A stretch of DNA of 64,000 bases from Candidatus Nomurabacteria bacterium (GCA_943356445.1 CALREZ010000003.1:6125-70124), one strand, 5' to 3'. Counted from the first letter of the stretch, positions 36,952-47,337 are shown. Notes: a model not told the origin generated them from the letters alone. A program made the numbers and translations.

Positions 36952-38088
36952 TTAAATTTGTCCCTTTCTAATTTTTTCTCTAAATTCTGCTGCGAGGTTG
37001 TTTAAATAGTATAGATTATGAAAGGTCACCAAATGCATGCCGGTATACTCTCCGGCGCGGTAGAGGTGGGCGAGGTAGGATCGGGTGTAATTTTTGCAGA
37101 CGTAACAGCCGCATTTCGGGTCAAGCGGTTTTTTCTCTTTTAACAAACTGGTTTTCTTCATGTAGATCCTTCCGCCGCTGGTGAACGCGGTGCCGTGTCT
37201 CGCGTAATGGGTCGGAGCGATGCAGTCAAAGGTGTCTACCCCAGCGCGAATCATGTATTCAAAATCTTCGGGGTGGCCGACGCCGAGGAGGTGTCTGGGC
37301 TTTTCATCCGGCAATTCATCAAGAGTACTTCGCAGCATTTTTTCCATCTCTTCTTTTTCGTAGCCAAACTCACCGCCGATAGCAAAACCGTCAAAAGGCA
37401 TGGCGCCGATCGTATGAGCGCATTCTTTTCGCAGATCTTCCCACTTTCCGCCTTGGACGATTCCATACATGGCTTGCTTCTTGTTTTTCTTCGCATCCAA
37501 ACAAATCTTCGCCCAGCGATGCGTTCTCGCTATGGAGGTTTTCATGTATTCATAATCCGCGAGCGGTGACGGACACTCGTCAAAAGCGAGAATGATATCC
37601 GCGCCGATTTTTTCTTGTATCGCGATGGATTCCTTCGGGCCGAGAAATAATTTCGCGCCGTCAACCGGAGAACGGAATTCCACGCCCTTTTCCGTGATTT
37701 TTATTTTCTGCGGCTGCATTCCCTCTTCTATCGTCCGTTCTTCTCCTTTCTTCAAAATTTTCCCCACGCCATGATCCGTTCCGAAGCCGAGCGAAAAAAC
37801 CTGAAATCCGCCGGAGTCGGTCATCATCGGTCGTTTCCAACCCATAAATTTATGCACACCGCCGTGTCCTTTTACCAAAGCTTCGCCGGGTCGCAAATGC
37901 AAATGAAACGTGTTGGAGATAAGCATCTGCGTGCCCGTTCTTTCCACATCCTCGGTTGAGAGCGTTTTGATGGTCGCTTTGGTCGCCACGCCGACAAAGG
38001 CCGGCGTTTCCACGACACCGTTCGCCGTTTTCAGCAGCCCTAAACGAGCCTTTGATTTCTTTGATTTTTTAAGTATTTGAAATTCCAT
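36952..38088 (-). CDS. tgt: Queuine tRNA-ribosyltransferase
   Basis: ETPAFVGVATKA and FDCIAPTHYARHG, with the zinc site C-x-C-x2-C...H (CGCYVCKNYTRSYLAHL). Confidence 0.9.
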   Translation of the reverse strand: MEFQILKKSKKSKARLGLLKTANGVVETPAFVGVATKATIKTLSTEDVERTGTQMLISNTFHLHLRPGEALVKGHGGVHKFMGWKRPMMTDSGGFQVFSLGFGTDHGVGKILKKGEERTIEEGMQPQKIKITEKGVEFRSPVDGAKLFLGPKESIAIQEKIGADIILAFDECPSPLADYEYMKTSIARTHRWAKICLDAKKNKKQAMYGIVQGGKWEDLRKECAHTIGAMPFDGFAIGGEFGYEKEEMEKMLRSTLDELPDEKPRHLLGVGHPEDFEYMIRAGVDTFDCIAPTHYARHGTAFTSGGRIYMKKTSLLKEKKPLDPKCGCYVCKNYTRSYLAHLYRAGEYTGMHLVTFHNLYYLNNLAAEFREKIRKGQI

Positions 38089-38124
38089 TTCTAGACATTA
38101 CACTACTTTTGTGTTTTTGTGAAT

Positions 38125-38153
38125 GTTGACATTAAACATACTTCGTGCTAAAT
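38125..38153 (+). promoter_or_regulatory. Sigma-70-like promoter (TTGACA-N17-TAAATT) for the 38188 operon
   Basis: Consensus -35 TTGACA followed by an AT-rich -10. Confidence 0.4.
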
Positions 38154-38187
38154 TAATAACTGGATAAACAAACAACAGGAGTAAAAA

Positions 38188-38424
38188 ATGAAATTCCAAT
38201 TCGAAATAGAAGTAAACGAACTTCCCGATTTTCTGGAAGGCAAATCGGTAACATTGCACGGATATTGCGAGGATAAGAAAATAATCAGAGTGGAACTTGG
38301 CGACAGAGAAGTCGTCATTACCCGCAAAAAAATTCGCGATTCGTTTTTCGGAACATTGATAGCTTTAAAGGAAGCGAAACCGCAATGGGAAAAATATAGT
38401 TTTCCGGATATTAAAAAGTCATGA
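38188..38424 (+). CDS. Hypothetical small protein; overlaps the downstream UbiA-family gene by 4 nt
   Basis: ORF only; an ATGA start/stop overlap suggests translational coupling. Confidence 0.45.
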   Translation: MKFQFEIEVNELPDFLEGKSVTLHGYCEDKKIIRVELGDREVVITRKKIRDSFFGTLIALKEAKPQWEKYSFPDIKKS

Positions 38425-39320
38425 ACGTATTTCTCCAAAGCCTCAGGGCTCCGTTCGTATCGGTTACTCTTTCGGGGGTTTTGCTCGGTACGGCAACGGC
38501 TTTCTTTGTATCGGGAACGGCGGATATAACATCTTTTCTTGTCGTCGTCTTTGTAACGATAAACGGCCACATTTCCGCAAATCTTTTCAATGATTATTTT
38601 GACCACCGCTCGGGAAACGACGTGATAAACAAAAACATCACTCCGCTTTCCGGCGGCAGCCGCGCGATACAAGACGGCGGACAGAGCGTTTCAATGGTGC
38701 TGCTTTCAGCCTGTCTGTTTCTCGCATTAAGCGTGTTTGCGGGGTGCTGGTTCGTTTACGCGAAACAAAATATCAATCTTGCGTACTTCGGATTGGCCGG
38801 ACTGGTTCTGGGATATGCGTATACCGCTCCCCCGTTCAAACTCGTCTATCGCGGACTCGGCGAACTGACCATTATTATCACCTTCGGTCTGTTCATCGTC
38901 GGAGGAGCCTATCTCGCACAGACGGGAAATATCACCAGTTCGGCAATAGCGGCATCTTTGCCGGCAGGATTGCTAACGGCTGTTATTTTGATCGTCAACG
39001 GTTTTCCTGATCGTATTGCCGATGAAGCTTCCAACAAAAGAACGTTCGTCGTTCGCTTCGGAAAAGAAATAACGATACTGTTGATAAAAAGATTCGTTCT
39101 GCTTTCTTATCTCGTAATCGTCGGCGGAATAATGTTTAATGTTCTGCCTCTCGGCGCTCTCGTCAGTCTTTTTTCTCTTCCGACAGCCGTTCGGTTTTTC
39201 AAAAAAGTTGATCGCATTGAAGAAGATTTTTTACCGGCCGGCATTGCGGCAATTGTCTTGCAAATATCCTTTGTCCTTTCAACCGCTCTCGGAATCGCGA
39301 TAAGCGCTTTCCTCGCGTAA
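38421..39320 (+). CDS. UbiA-family polyprenyl-phosphate transferase
   Basis: NDYFDHRSGND (the NDxxDxxxD Asp-rich motif), 8-9 TM helices, and genomic context next to a glycan-biosynthesis cluster. Confidence 0.7.
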   Translation: MNVFLQSLRAPFVSVTLSGVLLGTATAFFVSGTADITSFLVVVFVTINGHISANLFNDYFDHRSGNDVINKNITPLSGGSRAIQDGGQSVSMVLLSACLFLALSVFAGCWFVYAKQNINLAYFGLAGLVLGYAYTAPPFKLVYRGLGELTIIITFGLFIVGGAYLAQTGNITSSAIAASLPAGLLTAVILIVNGFPDRIADEASNKRTFVVRFGKEITILLIKRFVLLSYLVIVGGIMFNVLPLGALVSLFSLPTAVRFFKKVDRIEEDFLPAGIAAIVLQISFVLSTALGIAISAFLA

Positions 39321-39375
39321 AAAACATCCCCGTCTCATTTTCATGAGGCGGGGATTTTTAACAACCATACCAAAA

Positions 39376-40302
39376 CTAATCGGCGATACCAAATATCTTT
39401 TTGAGTTCGGCAATCCCTTCTTCAAACGAGACTTGCGGTTCCCAACCGAGCAATTGTTTGGCAAGAGAGTTATCCGCCAATGTATCATGCGGTTCCAAAC
39501 GCGGAGCGATATGGAGAATCTCCCCGCCCATGAGTTCGGCAAGATATTTTATGGTATGACTTTTCCCTGAACCGATATTTATCACTTCGCCTTTTCCGAC
39601 CGTGTCACTTTCTGCGGCGAGGATATTGGCGCGCACCACATCGCGAACGTGGGTCATGTCGCGCGTTTGCATTCCGTCTCCCGTTACCGTCAGAGGTTTC
39701 CCTTCCATGCGAAGACGCAAAAACAAGCCGAATGCGAGAGCGTATGCGCCGTTCGGATCTACTTTTGGTCCATACACATTAAAGTATCGGAGAGAAACAG
39801 TGGAGAGTCCGTATATTTCACTCCAAAGACGACAATAGAGTTCGCCGATATATTTATGCAGTCCGTAAGGACTTTTCGGATTGGCGGGCATTTCTTCGCG
39901 AAGAGGCATTATCGCCTGATCGCCGTATGCGGAACTGGAAGCGGAAAAAACGACTTTTTTTACGCCCGCTTCATGAGCCGCTTTCAATATGTTTAAAGTG
40001 CCTCCGACATTCACCTCATTTGCCACTATGGGATGTTCAATGGAGAATTGCACGCGAGGAAGCGCGGCAAGGTGAAAAACGTAATCCGCCCCCTCAAGAA
40101 TAACATGCATGTCTTCCAGATTGCGAATATCTTTTTCATGAAAAACCGCGTTCGGATGGACGTTTTCACGGTGTCCCGCGACAAGATTATCAATCACGTG
40201 CACCTCCCAGCCTTTTTCTGCCAAAGCGTCAACAAGATTGCATCCGATAAACCCCGCGCCTCCGGTAACGACTGCTTTTATTGGTTTGTTTGGTTCTTGC
40301 AT
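39376..40302 (-). CDS. NAD-dependent epimerase/dehydratase (GalE/UXS-like SDR)
   Basis: VVTGGAGFIGCNLVDAL Rossmann motif; YxxxK (YGLHKYIGE). Confidence 0.8.
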   Translation of the reverse strand: MQEPNKPIKAVVTGGAGFIGCNLVDALAEKGWEVHVIDNLVAGHRENVHPNAVFHEKDIRNLEDMHVILEGADYVFHLAALPRVQFSIEHPIVANEVNVGGTLNILKAAHEAGVKKVVFSASSSAYGDQAIMPLREEMPANPKSPYGLHKYIGELYCRLWSEIYGLSTVSLRYFNVYGPKVDPNGAYALAFGLFLRLRMEGKPLTVTGDGMQTRDMTHVRDVVRANILAAESDTVGKGEVINIGSGKSHTIKYLAELMGGEILHIAPRLEPHDTLADNSLAKQLLGWEPQVSFEEGIAELKKIFGIAD

Positions 40303-40309
40303 ACATATA

Positions 40310-41368
40310 TTACGGCTTAACAAATTGCATATACCTTCCCTCTTTTTTTATGAAGGCTTCTTTGGATGGATATTTGTAGATGTAGCCGGTCATACGGGTA
40401 AGTTTTGAACCGTCAACAGCAATGGGATATGAATAGGATTTCCATCCACCTTTTGAGGTTGGGACTTTCCCGCGAGAAATATGCCACATAACAAAGAACA
40501 CGACTCTGATAAGATATGGATTAACGCGAATCGCTTTTTTCCCGACAGCCGCCGCCATATCTTTCCCAGTCACAACATCGCCCGGCGGACAGATATTGAA
40601 AGCTTCATATTTCCCGGGAAGTTCTTTAAAAGCAAGAAGTTCTATAATGTCCGTCACATCGTCCTCGTGTATAAACTGCCGGCACCATTTTTTTGTAATC
40701 GGGACAAAAGAAACCATCGCGGAAATGAGACGATGTATGGGGGTTTCTTTGAGCTGTCCGGAAAGCGCGGCTTGGAGCCCGAAACGAATCCGAGAATATC
40801 TTCCTCGGGGACCGGTAATGGCGGCGGGCCGAACGATAAACACCTGCGGCATTTTTGTGTTTGATCTCTCATGAGATGCGTAAATCTCTTCAAGCCGTTT
40901 CTCCGCTATTCGTTTTTCTTCCGCGTATAAGTAATCGCTTTTTCTGAACGGTTCCGTTTCAACAAAACGGTGTTCAATGGTATTGCTTGGAAAAGCTCCA
41001 TACGAAGCAACAGTTGAAAAATGTATGAATTTTTCAACGGACGGAACGAAAAAAGCGAATTCAAAAACTTTCTCTGAACCGGTAACGTTCCATTTCCACT
41101 GAAGCGCTTTCTGTCCGTACATTTCACGAATCTGCCACGCGGTGTGGATGACAATGTCAGGATTATATTTTTGGACTTCATTTTCCCATTCGTCGCCGGT
41201 GTTTTTTTGTACCCAAACAAAATTCGGAATGTTTTTCAGAAGTTCCGGCAATGGCTCTTTATCCAGACCGATAATTTTTTCAACGTCTTCGCGAGAGGAA
41301 AACTGTCGGACAAGCATGACCCCAACGTACCCCGCGGCTCCGGTTATAAAGACAATGTGTTTTTTCAT
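40310..41368 (-). CDS. NAD-dependent epimerase/dehydratase family protein
   Basis: [13 protein letters not shown] Rossmann motif and extended-SDR architecture. Confidence 0.7.
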   Translation of the reverse strand: MKKHIVFITGAAGYVGVMLVRQFSSREDVEKIIGLDKEPLPELLKNIPNFVWVQKNTGDEWENEVQKYNPDIVIHTAWQIREMYGQKALQWKWNVTGSEKVFEFAFFVPSVEKFIHFSTVASYGAFPSNTIEHRFVETEPFRKSDYLYAEEKRIAEKRLEEIYASHERSNTKMPQVFIVRPAAITGPRGRYSRIRFGLQAALSGQLKETPIHRLISAMVSFVPITKKWCRQFIHEDDVTDIIELLAFKELPGKYEAFNICPPGDVVTGKDMAAAVGKKAIRVNPYLIRVVFFVMWHISRGKVPTSKGGWKSYSYPIAVDGSKLTRMTGYIYKYPSKEAFIKKEGRYMQFVKP

Positions 41369-41378
41369 AAAAGTTTAA

Positions 41379-42719
41379 TTATTTTCCCGCTCGAGAAAGA
41401 AGGATGGCGATGGTCTGAAGAGCGATTTTGAAATCCAAAAGGAATGAACGGTGTTTAATATAGTAGAAGTCGTAGGCCAAACGCAATTTTGTTTCTTCCA
41501 GCGACTGCGGCGGATTTTCTTGCTTGATCTGCGCCCACCCGGAAAGGCCGGGCTTAATGATGTTGCGTATAGTATAATACGGAATCTCTTTGGAAAGTTT
41601 CATTCCGAGATCGTAGATATCGGGACGAGGCCCGACCAAAGACATGTCTCCCTTGATAACGGAAAGAAGCTGAGGCAGTTCATCTACACGGGAACTCCTT
41701 AAAAATCTTCCGACGCGAGTGATGCGGGTATCTCCTTCTTTGACCCAGACACCCGAGTCGCTGGCTTTCATGCTTCTGAATTTTAAAATCTTTATGATTT
41801 TATTATCTTTCCCCACACGTTCCTGAACAATAAATACCGGCCCGCCGTCGTTTATTTTTATTGCCAACCAGACAAACGGATACAACAAAAAAGAAATGAG
41901 TCCGAGAGGTAAAGAAATAACAATATCCATCACTCTCTTGAGCGCGTCATAAGCAAGATGGGAAGAAACGGATACATTTTGCAAAAACCAGCGATAGTGA
42001 AGAAGAGAAAGGGGAACTCGGTCAAAAATATCTTCATAGAGCGTATGCATTTCTGCGAATCGAACATTGGAGAAGATAAGATTATACAAATGAGGAAAAA
42101 TCATTTCCATTTTTTTGTTGGCCATATCCGCAACAATGACGGAAAAATTCCGAGCAGAGAGAGTTTTCAGAAAGTCCTCTTCAAATCCGGGTTCGTCCGC
42201 TTTTGAAAGATCAACTACCGAAACAAAAGAAAGAGCATAGCGCCTGTTGTGATTCACTTCTTCAAAAAGTTCTTTCATTTCTCTTCCCTCTCCGATAAGA
42301 AGCGCATTCTGTTTTTTTCTGAAACCGAGAAAAACAGAAAGACGAGTTCTCCAAATGAGAATGAGCGTAAAAGAGAAAACAAGGTAAAGGAAAAGCGTGA
42401 CTTTCGGGGTTATGGAAAGATAAGGAATAAAATAAAAGAATAAGACCGCAATTCCGCTATTTATGATTTGAGTCCGAAGAATCAAAGACGGGAGCCGACT
42501 TTTAAAAAGAAGCGTATTTTTTCCATAAAGGCCGACGATAAAAAAACTAATGACCCAAACAACAAAAAGGAAAGAAAAGGGGATGAGATGAGAGACGAGG
42601 ATATCTCTGGGTGGAATCTGCATGAAACGAACAAAAAGCGTCAACCATAAGGCCACCGCAAAAAAGAACACATCCCCGGCAAAAAGGACTAACGTCTCTT
42701 TTTTGTTATAAATCTTCAT
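41379..42719 (-). CDS. Polyprenyl-phosphate hexose-1-phosphate transferase (bacterial sugar transferase, WbaP/WcaJ-like initiating enzyme)
   Basis: C-terminal DELPQLLSVIKGDMSLVGPRP and N-terminal TM helices. Confidence 0.8.
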   Translation of the reverse strand: MKIYNKKETLVLFAGDVFFFAVALWLTLFVRFMQIPPRDILVSHLIPFSFLFVVWVISFFIVGLYGKNTLLFKSRLPSLILRTQIINSGIAVLFFYFIPYLSITPKVTLFLYLVFSFTLILIWRTRLSVFLGFRKKQNALLIGEGREMKELFEEVNHNRRYALSFVSVVDLSKADEPGFEEDFLKTLSARNFSVIVADMANKKMEMIFPHLYNLIFSNVRFAEMHTLYEDIFDRVPLSLLHYRWFLQNVSVSSHLAYDALKRVMDIVISLPLGLISFLLYPFVWLAIKINDGGPVFIVQERVGKDNKIIKILKFRSMKASDSGVWVKEGDTRITRVGRFLRSSRVDELPQLLSVIKGDMSLVGPRPDIYDLGMKLSKEIPYYTIRNIIKPGLSGWAQIKQENPPQSLEETKLRLAYDFYYIKHRSFLLDFKIALQTIAILLSRAGK

Positions 42720-42740
42720 AAGATATAGTATAATGGAAAA

Positions 42741-43913
42741 ATGACCAATATCCAAGACCCGCAAACTCAAAACAAAAAAACAAAAATCCTCTATGTTATT
42801 ACTAAATCCAACTGGGGAGGAGCGCAAAAGTATGTCTATGACCTTGCGACGCATATTTCTCCCTTATTTGAAACGGCCGTTATTTTGGGGGGGGACGGCC
42901 CACTCGAAGAAAGACTTGAGGAAAAAGGAATTCGCGTTATTTCCCTTCCATTTCTTTCTCGCAATATCAACCCTTTCTCGGATATAAAAACTTTTATTTC
43001 GCTTTTCAAGATCTTTACGTCGGAGCATCCCGACATCGTTCACTTGAACAGTTCAAAAATCGGGCTCATAGGAGCTCTGGCAGCAAAAAAGGCAAAAGTT
43101 CCGCGCATTATTTTTACCGCGCACGGCTGGGCTTTTAATGAAAATAGGAGCTGGCTCGCAAAAAAGATATTTTGGTTTTTCCACTGGATAACGATTATTC
43201 TTTCTCACCAAACGATTGCCGTATCAAAGGCGGTAAAACGCGACATGAAAAGCGCGCCCTTTGTAAAAAATAAAATAAGCGTAATTCAAAATGGAATAGA
43301 AAAAATTTCGTTCAAAACAGAAGAAGAGGCGAGGGATCGGCTTCTTCCCGAAAAGACGTACCATTCGCTGCCGCCAAAAACTTTCTGGATAGGAACAATT
43401 TCCGAGCTTCACAAAAACAAAGGACTTGAATATGCGATTCGCGGGGTGGCAAAATTAAAAAGCCTGCGGCCGGACTTTTCTTTTGTTTTTGTAATTATAG
43501 GGGAGGGGGAAGAACGCAAATACCTGGAGAAACTTATTAAGGAATTACGATTAGAACAAGTTGTTTTCTTGGCCGGGTATATAGAAAATGCTCCATCGCT
43601 TCTCTCTGCTTTTGATATTTTTTTGCTTTCCTCCACTACCGAGGCGCTGGCTTTTGTCGTTCTTGAAGCGGGAATGGCAAAACTGCCGGTGGTCGCTTCG
43701 GGAGTTGGAGGAGTTCCGGAAATTATAAAAGATATGGAGTCCGGAATTTTAGTACGACCAAAAAACTCTGAGGAGATAGCGAAGGCGCTGGAATTCCTTA
43801 TTTCTCACAAAGAAAGATCTGAGGATTTTGGAAAAAAACTGAAAGACACAGTCAAAAAAAATTTCTCTCTCAAAAAAATGCTCGCGGAGACGGTTGCGGT
43901 TTATAAAAAATAA
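42741..43913 (+). CDS. GT4-family glycosyltransferase (glycosyl transferase group 1)
   Basis: C-terminal E-x7-E region (SSTTEALAFVVLEAGMAKLPVVAS); divergent from the sugar-transferase gene with only a 21-nt spacer. Confidence 0.8.
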   Translation: MTNIQDPQTQNKKTKILYVITKSNWGGAQKYVYDLATHISPLFETAVILGGDGPLEERLEEKGIRVISLPFLSRNINPFSDIKTFISLFKIFTSEHPDIVHLNSSKIGLIGALAAKKAKVPRIIFTAHGWAFNENRSWLAKKIFWFFHWITIILSHQTIAVSKAVKRDMKSAPFVKNKISVIQNGIEKISFKTEEEARDRLLPEKTYHSLPPKTFWIGTISELHKNKGLEYAIRGVAKLKSLRPDFSFVFVIIGEGEERKYLEKLIKELRLEQVVFLAGYIENAPSLLSAFDIFLLSSTTEALAFVVLEAGMAKLPVVASGVGGVPEIIKDMESGILVRPKNSEEIAKALEFLISHKERSEDFGKKLKDTVKKNFSLKKMLAETVAVYKK

Positions 43914-43924
43914 ACAAAGATAAA

Positions 43925-43955
43925 ACCCGCGCCGAAGTCTCGGCGCGGGTTTATT
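43925..43955. terminator. Bidirectional terminator hairpin (AAACCCGCGCCGAAGTCTCGGCGCGGGTTT)
   Basis: Perfect 11-bp GC stem flanked by A and T runs between convergent genes. Confidence 0.6.
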
Positions 43956-43956
43956 T

Positions 43957-44361
43957 TTAGTTCGCTTTTTTCTTGGGGACAACCGGAGCAAGAACCATAT
44001 TGATAAGATATGTAATATCTTTCAAATCTTCGGTTTTGTCGGCAAACTCCTTCGGAACGAAAGCGACATACTCTACTTGCCGAGGAAAAGAACGGAGGAA
44101 CTCGGCGTTGATGCTGTCGTTGTAATGCAGACCGTTATACTTCTCGTGCGTATGGCCTTCAATATATAAATATCCTTCATACCCGATTCCATCGCTTCTC
44201 ATGCGATAGATCCCTACCGTATCAGCAAGGCATCCTTGGCCCGGAGTTTTTCCCACCGCCATCACGGTTTTTCCACCGCCGTCTTCCGCCAAAGCCAAAA
44301 AGAGCCGTTCTTGGGGGTTCCCCGGAATAATATCTTCCCCGATTCGTTTGATAAGTAACAT
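43957..44361 (-). CDS. Hypothetical protein
   Basis: ORF only; an EGHTHE..HYNDS patch is noted, but no family could be assigned. Confidence 0.4.
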   Translation of the reverse strand: MLLIKRIGEDIIPGNPQERLFLALAEDGGGKTVMAVGKTPGQGCLADTVGIYRMRSDGIGYEGYLYIEGHTHEKYNGLHYNDSINAEFLRSFPRQVEYVAFVPKEFADKTEDLKDITYLINMVLAPVVPKKKAN

Positions 44362-44454
44362 GATATTCACTCCTGTAAGCAACTGAATTTCCGAAATGAA
44401 TTATATCACATTTTATTGAAAAAGCAAACTCCTCGCCAAGAAATGGTCTGGGAA

Positions 44455-44593
44455 TTAGAGACGGGATTTTTCGATGAGATTCGCTTTATTTTTTTTACCG
44501 GCGTGCCGAAGCGGGCTGTATATCAATACAGCCCCGAGGTCGCCGGTAAAAAATAAAGCGAAGAACACGAAAAAGACGGCTCGGCTCAATCTG
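44455..44593. repeat. Copy 2 of the dispersed roughly 125-nt palindromic element (see 26470-26597)
   Basis: AGACGGGATTTTTCGATGAGATTCGCTTTATTTT...hairpin GGGCTGTATATCAATACAGCCC...AAAATAAAGCGAAGAACACGAAAAAGACGGCT. Confidence 0.7.
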
Positions 44594-44597
44594 TACA

Positions 44598-45728
44598 CTA
44601 TCCTACTCCGAGGAATTCGTGGCGCAGATCATCGCGATGAGCGGCGCGGTTGTATCTTCTCATTCCCATCAAAATTCCCAAGCCGGTAAATTCGGTCAAC
44701 AAGTGCGAACCGCCATAGCTCATAAAAGGTATGGTAATTCCCGTTACCGGCAAAAGACCGATATTCATTCCGACATTGACCACGAAGTGACTGATAAAAT
44801 AGATGGCGAGACCCATGCCAAAAAGTATTTCAAAATTCGTTTCGCCGAGCAGCGCGTTATGCAAAATCCTCCAGATAAGAATGGCAAAAAACAGGAAGAG
44901 GAGCATTACTCCGACAAAACCCCATTCTTCGGAAAAAGCCGCGAAGATAAAGTCGGTCTGGTATTCGGGAAGAAAATTCAAACGGGACTGTGTTCCATAC
45001 CCGACGCCTTTGCCGAAAATTCCGCCCGAGCCGATGGCGATGGTGGACTGAAACGAATTGTATCCCGCTCCGCGGATATCCGCCAGCGGATGAATGAAGG
45101 TCATGATACGCTGTTTTTGATACGGTTCAAAAACAAAATTCCAGAGACCGCCGAAAGAAATAACACCGAGGGTAAAAACCAAAATGATGTGTTTTTTTGA
45201 AATGCCGGACACGAAGACCATTCCGAGCCAGATAAAAAGAAAGATAATGGCGGAACCAAAGTCCGGCTGAGCGGCAACCAAAACAAAAGGAATGAAAGCG
45301 TAAATTCCCGATACGATAATATGGCGGATATTCGCAATCTCAATATGACGGCGGGAAAAATATTTTGTGAGAACCAGAATGATAACCAGCTTCATCACAT
45401 CGGCCGGCTGAAAAGCGGCAAAGCCGACATTGAACCAGCTCTGGGCTCCCTTATAGACGCTTCCCACTGCGGCAAGTACCAAAAGCACGAAACATCCGCC
45501 TAAAAACAAAGTAACGATAACCCAAGTTCGGCGGAGAAATCGGAAGTCAATAAAGCTCAAACCAAAAAAAATGGCGAAGGAAATAGCAATCCAAAGAAGC
45601 TGCCTCATGGCAAAATTCCCTTTTCCGCCGAACGATCCCATGGTAATAACCCCCGCAAAGAGTATGGGGAAAGTGGAGAAAAAAAGTATCCAATCAATGT
45701 TGAAGGTTCGTTTCAGGTGAGTGATCAT
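44598..45728 (-). CDS. ftsW: SEDS-family peptidoglycan glycosyltransferase (FtsW/RodA)
   Basis: 10-TM SEDS pattern; PEYQTDFIFA and GGSHLL motifs. Confidence 0.85.
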   Translation of the reverse strand: MITHLKRTFNIDWILFFSTFPILFAGVITMGSFGGKGNFAMRQLLWIAISFAIFFGLSFIDFRFLRRTWVIVTLFLGGCFVLLVLAAVGSVYKGAQSWFNVGFAAFQPADVMKLVIILVLTKYFSRRHIEIANIRHIIVSGIYAFIPFVLVAAQPDFGSAIIFLFIWLGMVFVSGISKKHIILVFTLGVISFGGLWNFVFEPYQKQRIMTFIHPLADIRGAGYNSFQSTIAIGSGGIFGKGVGYGTQSRLNFLPEYQTDFIFAAFSEEWGFVGVMLLFLFFAILIWRILHNALLGETNFEILFGMGLAIYFISHFVVNVGMNIGLLPVTGITIPFMSYGGSHLLTEFTGLGILMGMRRYNRAAHRDDLRHEFLGVG

Positions 45729-45742
45729 GAAGAAAAAAGGGG

Positions 45743-46513
45743 CTATCGTACTGGCACTTCAAACGGGTCTACGCGAGGAAGAACTTCAACTCTTTTTGGA
45801 GAAGAAGGAAAAGGAACGGGCCAAGTGAAGACCACTTCGGAAGACGATTCAGCAGGAATGGAATCCACTGCTGATGCGCTGGCCGCCATCGCATTGTTAT
45901 CTTTATCGTACACAACGGCAACCACGCGTATGTCTTGAACGCTGAGATTGTCTTTATTCGTGAGAGAAACGCTCACGCTCGGCGTCGGGCCGGTTTCAGG
46001 TATCGGAGCTTTGACGGAGATATCGGGCTTTTGACCTTCAATTTTTATCCAGTCGGAAAAAGAAAGAAATTCAAAAAAAGTTCTCTTGGGAATGCGCTCG
46101 CCAACGGGAATGCGCGGTTCAAAAATGGCGAATTGTTCGTTGGGTCTGATATACGTTTTCCCGACGCGTTCAAGAATGAAAACGTCGTTCTGGTCATAGA
46201 GTTTGAAACGGTATACCGCCTCCCTCACGCCGAGATTCGGGTTTGGATTTTCTATGTACGCCACGGCATTATAAGCTCCCTTTCCGCTTTCAAAAGAACG
46301 CGACCACGAGATAATCGGTTGCGTAACCTGCGCGGCGCAAACCACCGAGCACGGGCCGCCGCAGTCAGGGCCGTTTTCTCCTTGATTTTGAATTTTATCG
46401 GAGCAAGAAGGCGGCTGATAGTATTTGGTCATATAGACGACGCCCGCGATAAGCGCGAATACCGCCAAAATGCCGAATATAAAAAACAATCTTCTTTTTG
46501 TTGACCAAAGCAT
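45743..46513 (-). CDS. Hypothetical membrane-anchored protein upstream of ftsW
   Basis: An N-terminal TM and a cysteine-rich stretch (CSDK...CGGPCSVVCAAQ); no family recognised. Confidence 0.5.
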   Translation of the reverse strand: MLWSTKRRLFFIFGILAVFALIAGVVYMTKYYQPPSCSDKIQNQGENGPDCGGPCSVVCAAQVTQPIISWSRSFESGKGAYNAVAYIENPNPNLGVREAVYRFKLYDQNDVFILERVGKTYIRPNEQFAIFEPRIPVGERIPKRTFFEFLSFSDWIKIEGQKPDISVKAPIPETGPTPSVSVSLTNKDNLSVQDIRVVAVVYDKDNNAMAASASAVDSIPAESSSEVVFTWPVPFPSSPKRVEVLPRVDPFEVPVR

Positions 46514-46636
46514 ACCGACAGTATATCAAAAAAAGAGAGGGGCGAGAATAGGACAAAAACCTATTGCAGAAGCAATAGGTTTTCGGATCTTATTTTTTTC
46601 TTTCTCCGTAGGGTTTGCCGGTTATTTTCCCATACA

Positions 46637-46999
46637 TCATTCGCGCAAAATTCTGTACTGAGCGAGCTTGTCGCCCCATCTTTCCTGGTATTCTTTCTGT
46701 TGCGCTTCGCGTTTGGCTTGTTCTTCCAATTCTTTTTTTCTTTTCGCTTCGGCGAGTTCGGCTTCCACTTCCTCTTTTGTTTTTCCGATATTGATATGTT
46801 CGCGGTAAAAAGCGGCCGCTTCGGAAGGCAGGATAACTTTTTTCACCGGTTCCATTCGGACATCAAAATTCGCCGGCTCGGTTTTCTCCGAAGACATTCT
46901 CTCAAAAAGCTCTTTGTCGTTCGCCATATTGGCGGCATTTATTCCCGCACCTCCGGTAACCTTTTTCGGTACCGGTTTAAATTCGTAAGTTTCTTTCAT
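46637..46999 (-). CDS. Hypothetical charged/coiled-coil protein
   Basis: ORF only; the C-terminal half is E/K-rich. Confidence 0.4.
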   Translation of the reverse strand: MKETYEFKPVPKKVTGGAGINAANMANDKELFERMSSEKTEPANFDVRMEPVKKVILPSEAAAFYREHINIGKTKEEVEAELAEAKRKKELEEQAKREAQQKEYQERWGDKLAQYRILRE

Positions 47000-47133
47000 A
47001 AAGTTTCCTTTATTTTATACCGTAATCTTGCATACAGCAAATATCGTTTCCCGAGAAAATTGACAAATGTGTGTATTTTGTGCTATTGTAAACATCAGAG
47101 AAACAATCATTTCACGAACAAGGAGAGAAAATT

Positions 47134-47337
47134 ATGAGTCTCTTTAGTCTCTTTTCAAAAAAACCGAAGGTAAAAAAATTCACATTCGCCTATCAGCAAT
47201 TCCCGTTCGGCGAGTGGCATGAATTTACCGTCTGCGCCCTTGATGAAAAAACGGCCTGTCAATCAGCTACCGAAGTTTTTCAAAAAATGTTTGATGAGAA
47301 AAAGACCGTCATGACCACTTTCTATCTCAAAAAGTAA
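47134..47337 (+). CDS. Hypothetical small protein
   Basis: ORF with a downstream terminator (AAGCCGGCATTTCTGCCGGCTTTTT). Confidence 0.35.
   Translation: MSLFSLFSKKPKVKKFTFAYQQFPFGEWHEFTVCALDEKTACQSATEVFQKMFDEKKTVMTTFYLKK

Noticed and set aside
43957-44361. JAMM/MPN metalloprotease assignment for the 134-aa protein (EGHTHE...S)
   Set aside because: Only a partial H-x-H...S pattern is present, without the downstream Asp. Insufficient.
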